Numbered from the stretch's first letter, positions 51,726 through 60,038 are shown. The stretch is DNA of 64,000 bases from a virus (IMGVR_UViG_3300021425_003554), one strand, 5' to 3'. Numbers and translations: made by a program. The notes: a model not told the origin generated them from the letters alone.

Positions 51726-52271
51726 ATGAAAACAATTAAAACATTTAAAAGAATAGTAACAGGAATCAACGAACAAGGCAAATCAACAGTAATGTCAAAC
51801 GATATTGCCAAGGGAGTTTTAGATTTTGGCGACGACCGACCGTTCCATACGCACACGTATCTCTGGAAAACCAAAAACGAAAAACAAGATTTCACAGGAT
51901 TCAACGATCCAATTGATTCTAATTTCAAAACCTTTCCGGCACCGGGAGGTACAACTTTTTTGGTTGTACAGTTTGATCCACAAGACGACGAAGTACTGAA
52001 AAAATTAAATCCCCAGGACGGTTTTAAAAAAATGAATGCCTTAGAAAATCTTAAGCCTAGCAAGAGACATCCTTATATGCACACAACACCAACTGTTGAT
52101 TATGGATATGTTATTTCTGGAAAAATAAAACTACTGCTCGACGAAGGAGACGAAGAAGTTGAATTATCACAGGGAGATGTTTTAGTACAGCGAGGAGCTC
52201 GCCATGCCTGGTATAATCCTTTTAATGAACCTTGTGTGATAGCATTCACACTAGTCGACGGACAGCAATAA
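51726..52271 (+). CDS. Cupin-2 domain protein
   Basis: MHTTPTVDYGYVISG..GDVLVQRG..HAW.N. Confidence 0.85.
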   Translation: MKTIKTFKRIVTGINEQGKSTVMSNDIAKGVLDFGDDRPFHTHTYLWKTKNEKQDFTGFNDPIDSNFKTFPAPGGTTFLVVQFDPQDDEVLKKLNPQDGFKKMNALENLKPSKRHPYMHTTPTVDYGYVISGKIKLLLDEGDEEVELSQGDVLVQRGARHAWYNPFNEPCVIAFTLVDGQQ

Positions 52272-52276
52272 TTTTT

Positions 52277-53101
52277 TTAGGCAAGTGTGTGTCTGGCATT
52301 CAAACGCCAGAGTAATCGTTCGTGTTTTGGGTCTAGGCTATCTACTGTTCCTCTAGCCGAATGTAGTAAAGAAATATTATCCCACATTAAAAAATCTTTT
52401 TCTTCCCAATGGTGCTCATAAACATAATTTTCGTTTATTGCGTGTTCTTGTAACGTCTTCATGAGTGCATCACTTTTGTCTTGTTCCATTCCCAATATTT
52501 TTCTAATATGACCAAACACAGAAAATAAACAATTTTCACCTGTCGTCCAGTGTGGCATAACCAGTGGATGATATACAGGTTCTCCCCCACCAATTCCTTT
52601 TAGTTCATCCGGATTGGGTACAGCCGCTAGATGATAGTCAGTAGCGTGTTCGTGTACACAAACTTTTCCTGTAATTTTCTTTTTTAAATCTAGGGGAAGA
52701 TCTCTATACACAGCCGATTGATCAGAGAACACAGTTGTTCCACCTTCCTGAGCCACTTTTAATGAATATAAAAAACTATGCGTAGGAGGATTTTGTAAAA
52801 ATGATTGATCGATATGCCAAATCTCTGGACTCAATTGTCCTTTGGTTTTGTCATTTGTGAGCACATATATTTCTGGATGACTCTGCAATGCATTGGTTCT
52901 CCATTTTGCATGTCTGACTGGCTCACCCACTTTTTTTATAATCGATACCAGTTGATCTGCTGAAAGATCAATGTTCTTAAAAATAAGTAATTTATACTGA
53001 TCTTGCAGTTGAACTATCTCGTCAAAGTTCTCGATCATCTCATCATATGATGTTTTAATTTTTACACCGTAACTACTGTTTTCTAAATTTTCAATTTCCA
53101 T
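52277..53101 (-). CDS. TauD/TfdA-family 2OG-Fe(II) dioxygenase
   Basis: WHIDQSF (HxD), GGTTVF, WDN..LLHSAR. Confidence 0.9.
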   Translation of the reverse strand: MEIENLENSSYGVKIKTSYDEMIENFDEIVQLQDQYKLLIFKNIDLSADQLVSIIKKVGEPVRHAKWRTNALQSHPEIYVLTNDKTKGQLSPEIWHIDQSFLQNPPTHSFLYSLKVAQEGGTTVFSDQSAVYRDLPLDLKKKITGKVCVHEHATDYHLAAVPNPDELKGIGGGEPVYHPLVMPHWTTGENCLFSVFGHIRKILGMEQDKSDALMKTLQEHAINENYVYEHHWEEKDFLMWDNISLLHSARGTVDSLDPKHERLLWRLNARHTLA

Positions 53102-53152
53102 ACTCTTATTTAATTACAAAAATAAATGGCTATTAATTTTGTGACTAATTAA

Positions 53153-54157
53153 ATGTGCATCATGATAAATCAACGTTTATTTGACTGGTATAACATAGAT
53201 ACAAGCAAAGATCTTAAGTTTAACTCTTACTGTACTAGACCTTTTGATACTGTTTTAATTGATAAAAACGGTTCCTGTTATCTTTGCGAATGCCAGGCCT
53301 GGTTACCACAGAGTGTTGGTAATATACAAGTACAACCTTTGGAAAAAATTATTACTTCAAACACAGCAAAAATACTTCAGGAATCTATTGCGGACGGATC
53401 GTACCGTTACTGCAATAATCATCAATGCACATTTTTGTTAAAAGACAGAGACCTAGGATGGCCGGAAACAGTACCAAATGTGAAAATAAAAAATATTAGA
53501 TTGGCCATTGATGAAAGTTGTAATTTATTTTGTCCAAGTTGTAGGAACAAACAGATATTTTACAAATCCGGACCCGAACTCAAAAAAAGAATGTCTATAG
53601 CAGATAAGATTATAGATTATTTGAAAAAACAACAGACTAATACAAATGTACACATCGGTAGTGACGGCGATCCTTTCGCAAGTTTGGTCTATAGATATTT
53701 TATAAAAAACACCAAACACCTTGAGCATCTGAAATTTAGCCTTCAAACTAACGGACTGCTTGTTAAAAAAATGTATATAAAAAACAAAGAGATGTTTGAT
53801 AGATTGACTGTGCTAGGCATCAGCATCGATGGTGCCACTAAAAATACATACGAAAAACTTCGACTGGGAGGCAACTTTGAAAAAATTCTAGAGAACCTCG
53901 AATTTATCAAGCACATCAAAGACAAATTTATTTTTAATTTGCACATGGTCGTACAAAAAGACAACTGGCACGAAATGCCTTTGATGTTAGATATCGCTCA
54001 TAGATATGATGTTGATAAAGTTTATTTTAACAAAATACAAAACTGGAACACCGCTCTAAATTTTTCTGAACAACAATTTACAGACATGGAAGAGTTTAAA
54101 AAAATATATTCTAAAATAAAGAAAGATACCAAAAGCCGTTTGTGGGCATTGACCTAA
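53153..54157 (+). CDS. Radical SAM protein with SPASM/twitch N-terminus
   Basis: CTRPF..G.CYLCEC; CNLFCPSC; GDPF; ISIDGA. Confidence 0.9.
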   Translation: MCIMINQRLFDWYNIDTSKDLKFNSYCTRPFDTVLIDKNGSCYLCECQAWLPQSVGNIQVQPLEKIITSNTAKILQESIADGSYRYCNNHQCTFLLKDRDLGWPETVPNVKIKNIRLAIDESCNLFCPSCRNKQIFYKSGPELKKRMSIADKIIDYLKKQQTNTNVHIGSDGDPFASLVYRYFIKNTKHLEHLKFSLQTNGLLVKKMYIKNKEMFDRLTVLGISIDGATKNTYEKLRLGGNFEKILENLEFIKHIKDKFIFNLHMVVQKDNWHEMPLMLDIAHRYDVDKVYFNKIQNWNTALNFSEQQFTDMEEFKKIYSKIKKDTKSRLWALT

Positions 54158-54159
54158 AA

Positions 54160-54873
54160 TTATTTTATTTTACTACTAAAACGATTATAGATATTCTCAG
54201 CAAATGTACGGTGATGTTTTGTGCCATAGTGTATTCCATCCCTGGCCAGATCTGGTTTTTCTTCAATGGTTCTCCTAGCATCGGCACCATGGTGATTGTC
54301 CCACACAGGCCAACAAGATCTCAATGAACTGTCGTTGAGGACATATCTAGTATCGGGTATCATGTAGATATCTTGAGCAAAACAATGAAACACAACAGCA
54401 TTATTATATTCGGCAAATTTCTCAACCTGAAACACACACTTTAAAAAATTGTTTTGATCTGTGACACTGGTTTCATATTTCAGGGAATTGTCATCGCTTG
54501 TTATAGAAATTGGATATATGTCTAAACGTTCTCTTCTGCTCCATGCTGGCCAACACACTATAATAATTTTAGGAAACAACACTTTTTCAGATGCATACAA
54601 CATCCTTACACACATATCGGGAGATGCTCCGGGTTGTGCCAGATTCCAAAATCTTAACCTTTTATTATTCAATAATTTTTCTAACTGTGAGATCCAAATT
54701 TCGGGTTGTTCCAGACCTTCGCCGAAAGTATGAGAACATCCTAGAACTGCTATATTTTTTCCTCCGTCCGGCAGAGGAGAAAATTCTGGACATCTAAAAC
54801 CGTGTGAATTTGTTTTGTAATCTTTGTGATTAAATGTCGGAAATTGATTATCTGAATAATGTCCGTATTTCAT
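54160..54873 (-). CDS. SGNH-hydrolase-like protein
   Basis: GCSHTFGEG, WNLAQPGAS, DGIHYG (DxxH). Confidence 0.6.
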   Translation of the reverse strand: MKYGHYSDNQFPTFNHKDYKTNSHGFRCPEFSPLPDGGKNIAVLGCSHTFGEGLEQPEIWISQLEKLLNNKRLRFWNLAQPGASPDMCVRMLYASEKVLFPKIIIVCWPAWSRRERLDIYPISITSDDNSLKYETSVTDQNNFLKCVFQVEKFAEYNNAVVFHCFAQDIYMIPDTRYVLNDSSLRSCWPVWDNHHGADARRTIEEKPDLARDGIHYGTKHHRTFAENIYNRFSSKIK

Positions 54874-54888
54874 GTTTGTATTTAATGT

Positions 54889-54963
54889 TGGCGGTCCCTA
54901 GGGGAATCGAACCCCTCTTTCGAGGATGAAAACCACGTGTCCTAACCGATAGACGAAGGGACC
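54889..54963 (-). tRNA. tRNA-Glu(TTC)
   Basis: GGTCCCT acceptor stem, TTC anticodon, GTTCGATTC T-loop, encoded CCA; one U:U in the anticodon stem. Confidence 0.9.
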
Positions 54964-54966
54964 GTT

Positions 54967-55042
54967 TGGTGGAGGTAGAGGGATTCGAACCCACGACCCC
55001 TTGAATGCAAATCAAGTGCTCTCCCAACTGAGCTATACCCCC
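54967..55042 (-). tRNA. tRNA-Ala(TGC)
   Basis: Cloverleaf, TGC anticodon, G3:U70 identity pair, encoded CCA. Confidence 0.95.
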
Positions 55043-55051
55043 ACATCGATG

Positions 55052-55127
55052 TGGTGCCCCAAGTCCGATTCGAACAGACGACCTACTGATTACAAATCAG
55101 TTGCTCTACCAACTGAGCTATTGGGGC
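55052..55127 (-). tRNA. tRNA-Thr(TGT)
   Basis: GCCCCAA/TTGGGGC acceptor, ACTGA-TTTGTAA-TCAGT anticodon arm, encoded CCA. Confidence 0.95.
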
Positions 55128-55723
55128 CAAATACCGTATTCAATTATTTCTGAAATACCTGTATATAGAAAGTATACAGCAAGTATGCTAAAAATCCAAC
55201 GACTAATTTTAAAAATATTTTTGATGGGTAATTTTGTTATTTGATTATAGATTATTTTTGATACAGTCACCAATATTACCAAACCAGCCAAAATACCCAA
55301 ATATACCATTTGAATGTCCTGACTATCGATGATTATGCCTGTAAGAAATATAACCACTTCGACCCCTTCTCGAAACATTATACCAAAAACAGCAAGTCCT
55401 AATAACAAAGAGTTTCCAAAAGGTAAGGCTTTAACGTGCTGGCTGGCACTATGGCAGAACCATGCCACCCAGGCTAGTACAACACCCGTAATGACCCCTA
55501 TAAACCCTTCAAATCGCTCTGTATTTGCGTGATTGCCTAATAACTGGGCAGTTGTAGTGCCCAAAGCAATAGTGGCCAAAATAGACCCTAAAACTGCCCA
55601 TATAATGACTTTTATATGTTTGGGATTGTTGTTGGCCGCTGTGATGGCCAGCACCGCTATCAGCCATGCTTCAAGTCCTTCTCTGGCTATTACAAACGTG
55701 GTTGCTAGTAGAGTGGTAATCAT
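55118..55723 (-). CDS. FTR1-family high-affinity iron permease
   Basis: Two RExxE motifs (REGLE, REGVE); multiple transmembrane helices. Confidence 0.88.
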   Translation of the reverse strand: MITTLLATTFVIAREGLEAWLIAVLAITAANNNPKHIKVIIWAVLGSILATIALGTTTAQLLGNHANTERFEGFIGVITGVVLAWVAWFCHSASQHVKALPFGNSLLLGLAVFGIMFREGVEVVIFLTGIIIDSQDIQMVYLGILAGLVILVTVSKIIYNQITKLPIKNIFKISRWIFSILAVYFLYTGISEIIEYGIWPQ

Positions 55724-55735
55724 AATTTTATTAGT

Positions 55736-55756
55736 TGCGAATAGTTATTATTTGCA
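55736..55756. promoter_or_regulatory. Fur-box-like inverted repeat upstream of FTR1
   Basis: TGCGAATAGTTATTATTTGCA 21-bp dyad between the promoter (-10 at 55771-55776) and ATG 55723. Confidence 0.55.
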
Positions 55757-55770
55757 TTTACTTATATCAC

Positions 55771-55799
55771 ACTATACACTATCAAACAAATTCGGTCAA
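55771..55799 (-). promoter_or_regulatory. sigma70 promoter for the FTR1-tRNA unit
   Basis: Minus strand TTGACC-17 nt-TATAGT. Confidence 0.6.
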
Positions 55800-55807
55800 C
55801 GATCAAC

Positions 55808-55836
55808 TTGACTTTTTTTGTTTTGGGTTGTAATAT
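55808..55836 (+). promoter_or_regulatory. Divergent sigma70 promoter
   Basis: TTGACT-17 nt-TAATAT. Confidence 0.55.
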
Positions 55837-55878
55837 AAACATAGGTGATATGTGCTATTTGCATATAAATACTGAACC

Positions 55879-55924
55879 ATCCACATGGACATAAAGTGGC
55901 TGATCCACATCAGTTAAAAGTGGC
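55879..55924 (+). repeat. Tandem 24-nt-period repeat with hairpin potential
   Basis: atccacat-N7-aagtggc twice, just after TATAAATA(55864). Confidence 0.55.
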
Positions 55925-55951
55925 CAACTTAAAGAAAAAAGGAGGTTACTT

Positions 55952-56152
55952 ATGTACACCAAAGATAGACACACTTATATGATGTCCTCATATTACAAAA
56001 AAAAAGACATCGAGCACAAAGAGAATGCTATGAAAAGAGCAGTTCAATCCGTTGACACATACGGAAACGGAACAACTGGCTACATGATCAAGCATGGATC
56101 AAATGCTGGCAAAATATTAAAACACATCAAAGTAGATCCGTCCAACTTCTAA
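55952..56152 (+). CDS. Small hypothetical protein
   Basis: Strong SD aaggagg; 66 aa; followed by a hairpin. Confidence 0.7.
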   Translation: MYTKDRHTYMMSSYYKKKDIEHKENAMKRAVQSVDTYGNGTTGYMIKHGSNAGKILKHIKVDPSNF

Positions 56153-56170
56153 ATTATTTGTGTATGGTAA

Positions 56171-56200
56171 CAACCGGTGAGCAGATTTGTTCACCGGTTG
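56171..56200 (+). terminator. Long hairpin terminator
   Basis: caaccggtga..tcaccggttg 10-bp perfect stem. Confidence 0.65.
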
Positions 56201-56208
56201 AAATTGTA

Positions 56209-56239
56209 TTGACATATCGATATCAATCTATTATAAATA
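56209..56239 (+). promoter_or_regulatory. Composite sigma70 / late promoter
   Basis: TTGACA-17 nt-TATAAA(TA). Confidence 0.65.
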
Positions 56240-56249
56240 TGGCGTAATT

Positions 56250-56498
56250 ATGAAATTTTTAAAAATTCAAAAAATATTGATATTATTTTTATTCGCCATT
56301 CTTTTGACAAGTTGTGCGTCTAAAAACAAAGACGTAGCAAGTAACAAAGAGCCGAACATATATGACGGATCTATTGGATTGGTCCTAGGTTGTATGTTCA
56401 ACCCGGCTGAATGTAACAAATTCAAGCAACAGGTTGAACAAGACGAGATAACCAAAGATTTTGAAGAGGTTGACAAAGCAACAAGCTCATCAAAATAA
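56250..56498 (+). CDS. Putative lipoprotein
   Basis: LLTSC lipobox. Confidence 0.6.
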   Translation: MKFLKIQKILILFLFAILLTSCASKNKDVASNKEPNIYDGSIGLVLGCMFNPAECNKFKQQVEQDEITKDFEEVDKATSSSK

Positions 56499-56503
56499 TA
56501 GTA

Positions 56504-56704
56504 TTACTTCTTTTTTTCTATCAATTTACAATCTTCGGTGTTGGCCGGCAAACCAGAATTTTTGTCATATATCCATACATATGAATACGTGACCTTATCT
56601 GTAGACGCCAAACATTTTTTACCAAAAGAAACTTTTGGTGAAGTCGGCATAGCCGTGCATGACACGAGCATTACCGCGGTTGCTATCATTATCAAATGTT
56701 TCAT
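56504..56704 (-). CDS. Putative lipoprotein
   Basis: MLVSC lipobox. Confidence 0.6.
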   Translation of the reverse strand: MKHLIMIATAVMLVSCTAMPTSPKVSFGKKCLASTDKVTYSYVWIYDKNSGLPANTEDCKLIEKKK

Positions 56705-56718
56705 GTAAATACTTTCCT

Positions 56719-56994
56719 ATGCGTTATTTTTTTGTTATTATTATAACTGCTATTATATATATGTCGATCGGACACACCGATCATAAAAAATTTGAATTAG
56801 AATTTGAGGAGTTTCTGGCACGAGAGGAACTCATGACTTTTCAAATGAACTTGTGGGAGTTATTACAACAACTGGAATACACACACGGGGAACAACGTTC
56901 GGTTGTGAAGGATGAAATAACTGTGATGCGAGAAAATATTAATAAACAAATTATCAAGATATTAGAATTAGATTTTAAACATCATAAAGATTAA
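56719..56994 (+). CDS. Small membrane-anchored hypothetical protein
   Basis: TAAATA 7 nt before MRYFFVIII...; hydrophobic N-terminus plus coiled coil. Confidence 0.55.
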   Translation: MRYFFVIIITAIIYMSIGHTDHKKFELEFEEFLAREELMTFQMNLWELLQQLEYTHGEQRSVVKDEITVMRENINKQIIKILELDFKHHKD

Positions 56995-57632
56995 ATTTTT
57001 TCTTCAAATATCTTTTTCCATGGTTCTACATTCCAATCAACAAAGATACTGACAATAATTCTTTCTTCTTTGCTGTCATTAATGACCGAATGTATATACT
57101 CTCCGGAATTTATAATTTTTGGTTTAAGATCAGAAAAGTCTACTAATCCGTTTTTGTAAATTTTAAAATAACAACCACGTGGCCAATTCAACGGAAAATA
57201 TATTTTGTGTGCAACAAAATTTGAATCTTTGTGTGGATATATGAATCCACCCGGACTCATTTTACTCATAGTTATAAGTAGAACACCGCCTAATAATTTT
57301 ATGTTTTTTAAAAAATTATTCCATTCAGGATATGATTCTGTATTGAAACACACCTCTTCTTTTTCGTCATGCTTCTGCTGTACAATAGGAATACCTATGA
57401 TATTACTTTCTGATTTAGATTTGTATAATAGAATGCGATCAATTTTTTCTAAACTCTTTGTTTTTCCAGGCCCGATCCAATCAAAACTAGATGCTTCTTC
57501 ATAAAGTTTAGATAGATCATAATCAAACGGGAAGTTTAAATTTTTGAAACTATTCGATGGTCCAAAATTGTTATCATAACGGAATAAATCCCGAATGATC
57601 TTTGGATATTTGTCTGAAAGATGAATTGTCAT
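56991..57632 (-). CDS. Asp/Asn beta-hydroxylase-like 2OG-Fe(II) oxygenase
   Basis: MSPGGFIYPHKD (HxD) ... HSVIN.S.EERI. Confidence 0.7.
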   Translation of the reverse strand: MTIHLSDKYPKIIRDLFRYDNNFGPSNSFKNLNFPFDYDLSKLYEEASSFDWIGPGKTKSLEKIDRILLYKSKSESNIIGIPIVQQKHDEKEEVCFNTESYPEWNNFLKNIKLLGGVLLITMSKMSPGGFIYPHKDSNFVAHKIYFPLNWPRGCYFKIYKNGLVDFSDLKPKIINSGEYIHSVINDSKEERIIVSIFVDWNVEPWKKIFEEKI

Positions 57633-57960
57633 TGTTTATCCAATCTATATACCATTTCCATATGGGTGTATAAAAATAAAATTTTACGAAAATAGAATCT
57701 GCATTTCCTCTATTTTTATTACTAGTGAATCCATGATGAATAAAATAACGAGTGTCTATACCATCAAGTTCCAAACGATTTACTACAACGTTACCTTTTA
57801 TAGTTATTGAATTAAATTTATGTTTGATTGCATGAACGTCAAATTTATTAACCTTAACATCTGATGTTATGTCTTCGAATAGTTTTTTTTCATTAAACAA
57901 TATACTGTATTTAGAATTTTGTTGTGCATCTATTTCTAGAACAACTGGAATACTATCCAT
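57574..57960 (-). CDS. Hypothetical protein
   Basis: 128-aa ORF between clpP and the oxygenase. Confidence 0.5.
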   Translation of the reverse strand: MDSIPVVLEIDAQQNSKYSILFNEKKLFEDITSDVKVNKFDVHAIKHKFNSITIKGNVVVNRLELDGIDTRYFIHHGFTSNKNRGNADSIFVKFYFYTPIWKWYIDWINNDNSSFRQISKDHSGFIPL

Positions 57961-57972
57961 AAATCAAAATTT

Positions 57973-58578
57973 TTAAATTGTTTCTGGACTTGGTCTCTTT
58001 GTTACTATTTCGTCGGCAAGTCCGTATTCTACTGATTGTTCGGGAGTCATAAAATTATCTCTTTCCATGTCCGCGGCCAACATTTCATAAGTTTTATTTT
58101 TGGTGTTGTGCTTAACATAGATTTCAGTAAGATACTTTTTCATTCTAGATATTTCATTGATGTGTATCTGTAGATCTGTGACTTGTCCTCTTGCTCCGCC
58201 TAATGGTTGATGTATCATGTGTCTTGCGTGTGGCAGAATAAAACGTTTACCGGCCGTGCCTGCTTGGGCTAACAATGATCCCATGGAACAGGCCTGTCCT
58301 AAAACCACAGTTCTTATATCACATCTGATGTATTGCATGGTATCATAAATTGCCATACCGGCTGTAACTGATCCTCCGGGAGAATTGATATACAGTGTAA
58401 TATCTTTGTCTGCTGATTGTGACTCTAGAAATAAAAGTTGTGCTGTTAGCACCGATGCTAGTCTTTCATCAACTACATCGTCCAGCATTATAATTCTATC
58501 TTTTAAAAGACGAGAAAAAATATCATAACTTCTTTCGCCTTTTGATGTTTGTTCAATAACAATTGGTGTAAGTGGCAT
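57973..58578 (-). CDS. clpP: ATP-dependent Clp protease proteolytic subunit
   Basis: [18 protein letters not shown] (Ser), MIHQP (His), ERDNFM (Asp). Confidence 0.97.
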   Translation of the reverse strand: MPLTPIVIEQTSKGERSYDIFSRLLKDRIIMLDDVVDERLASVLTAQLLFLESQSADKDITLYINSPGGSVTAGMAIYDTMQYIRCDIRTVVLGQACSMGSLLAQAGTAGKRFILPHARHMIHQPLGGARGQVTDLQIHINEISRMKKYLTEIYVKHNTKNKTYEMLAADMERDNFMTPEQSVEYGLADEIVTKRPSPETI

Positions 58579-58587
58579 AATACTCTA

Positions 58588-58616
58588 ATTGTAACATTTT
58601 TTTTCTCACCTGTCAA
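58588..58616 (-). promoter_or_regulatory. sigma70 promoter for clpP
   Basis: Minus strand TTGACA-17 nt with TGn-TACAAT; ATG only 10 nt downstream. Confidence 0.7.
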
Positions 58617-58640
58617 CACACAACTTAAATATAACTACTA

Positions 58641-59492
58641 ATGAAAACAATTATAACCTGTGCTGTAACTGGTGGTAAAACTGATCCAAACTCCACACCA
58701 TACTTGCCAATAACACCGGAACAAATTGCACAATCCTCGTTGGATGCCGCGGCGGCGGGTGCTTCCATAGTACACATACACGTTCGAAATCCAGATAACG
58801 GTAAACCGTCTATGGACAAAGATCTTTACCAAAAAACTGTTGACTTGATAAGAAACAAGAACGAAAATCTTATTATTAATCTCACAACAGGCCCGGGTGC
58901 TGTGTATAAGCCATTAACAAATGATAATTCTGGATTAATGGATGCTCAAACAAGAGTGGAACACATAGATAGTATACGTCCTGATATATGTAGTCTAGAC
59001 TTTAACACCATGATGCAAGATGACGACGGTGTTAGGATAAACTCTATTCCTGTCGTTGCTGAGATGCTTTTGAAAATACAGTCATATGGCACACTTCCGG
59101 AATTTGAAATTTTTGACAGCGGTGATCTCAGAATTGCAAAAAAACTCATTAGTGACGGACTTACGAGCAGACAACCCATATGGCAAATAGTGACGGGAGT
59201 CAAATACGGATGGGAGTCTTCCATCAACACAATTGATTATGCGTTAAAAATTTTACCGGAAGACTCAATTTGGTGTGCTCTGGGAGTAGGCAAGATGTCT
59301 TTGCCTATAGCAGAATATGTTCATCAAAAAGGTGGCCATGTTAGGGTTGGCATGGAAGATAACATCTACCTCGAAAAAAATGTGCTCGCGAAATCAAATG
59401 CAGAGCTAGTAGAACAATGCGTATCTTCGATAGAAAAAACAAATGGCTCTGTGGCTTCCGTCTCTGAAGCAAGAACAATATTAAAAATTTAG
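58641..59492 (+). CDS. Beta-keto acid cleavage enzyme (BKACE / 3-keto-5-aminohexanoate cleavage family, DUF849)
   Basis: IITCAVTG, P.TPEQIA, GASIVHIHVR, LTTG, PEFEIFD, RVGMEDN. Confidence 0.92.
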   Translation: MKTIITCAVTGGKTDPNSTPYLPITPEQIAQSSLDAAAAGASIVHIHVRNPDNGKPSMDKDLYQKTVDLIRNKNENLIINLTTGPGAVYKPLTNDNSGLMDAQTRVEHIDSIRPDICSLDFNTMMQDDDGVRINSIPVVAEMLLKIQSYGTLPEFEIFDSGDLRIAKKLISDGLTSRQPIWQIVTGVKYGWESSINTIDYALKILPEDSIWCALGVGKMSLPIAEYVHQKGGHVRVGMEDNIYLEKNVLAKSNAELVEQCVSSIEKTNGSVASVSEARTILKI

Positions 59493-59497
59493 TCAAA

Positions 59498-59526
59498 AAA
59501 AAAGGGCCGCCGAAGCGACCCTTTTT
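59498..59526. terminator. Bidirectional terminator
   Basis: A-tract + agggccgc-cgaa-gcgaccct + T-tract between convergent genes. Confidence 0.8.
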
Positions 59527-59546
59527 AAAAGTTGATTTAAAACTAA

Positions 59547-60035
59547 CTAGGCTTTCTTGATTCTATCAAGTAATCCAGGTGAAAATGTTGGTTCGAACTT
59601 TTCGTACACCGTTTTAGTCTTTTCCTTGAACTCTGCTGTTTCTTCCGGGGTAAGCTCGTGAACGTTAACACCCTCTGATTTCAATCTAGCCTTGGCTTCT
59701 TCTCCATCAGCGATCGTTGTTTCACGTTCTTTTCTTCCGGCATCAATTGCGGCCGCTTTTAAAACAGCCTTGACTTCTGGAGATAATTTCTCATAGAAAT
59801 CATTACGCATGATCATGGTTGTTAAGAACAAACTGTGTTTCGTATCAATAACCGATTTGGTCACTTCGTTCTGGTCCAAAGGGTAAACTCTAGAGTAAAC
59901 TCCTTCTCCGCCTTCACATTTTCCTTCTTCGATTGCACCTTTTAGATCTTCTATTTCACAAACGTGTCTATCTGTGACACCTAGTGCTTTGAAGGTTTCT
60001 TGGGCAACCGGGTTTCTGTTAGTTCTAAGTTTCAT
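59547..60035 (-). CDS. dctP: TRAP solute-binding protein-like, C-terminal half
   Basis: MKLRT (conserved Arg), TKHSLF, FYEKLSPEVKAVL..AA, G..VHELTPEE. Confidence 0.8.
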   Translation of the reverse strand: MKLRTNRNPVAQETFKALGVTDRHVCEIEDLKGAIEEGKCEGGEGVYSRVYPLDQNEVTKSVIDTKHSLFLTTMIMRNDFYEKLSPEVKAVLKAAAIDAGRKERETTIADGEEAKARLKSEGVNVHELTPEETAEFKEKTKTVYEKFEPTFSPGLLDRIKKA

Positions 60036-60038
60036 TTA

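Noticed and set aside
54889-55127. Prophage attachment site at the tRNAs
   Set aside because: No integrase and no duplicated tRNA 3' end; phage-type promoters and motif avoidance continue on both sides.
55879-55924. CRISPR array
   Set aside because: Only two units, a 7-nt variable part, and no cas genes.
55952-56152. Lasso-peptide precursor for the Asn-synthetase-like enzymes
   Set aside because: The T-x-G junction exists but there is no Asp/Glu at core positions 7-9, and no B1/B2 leader peptidase is seen.
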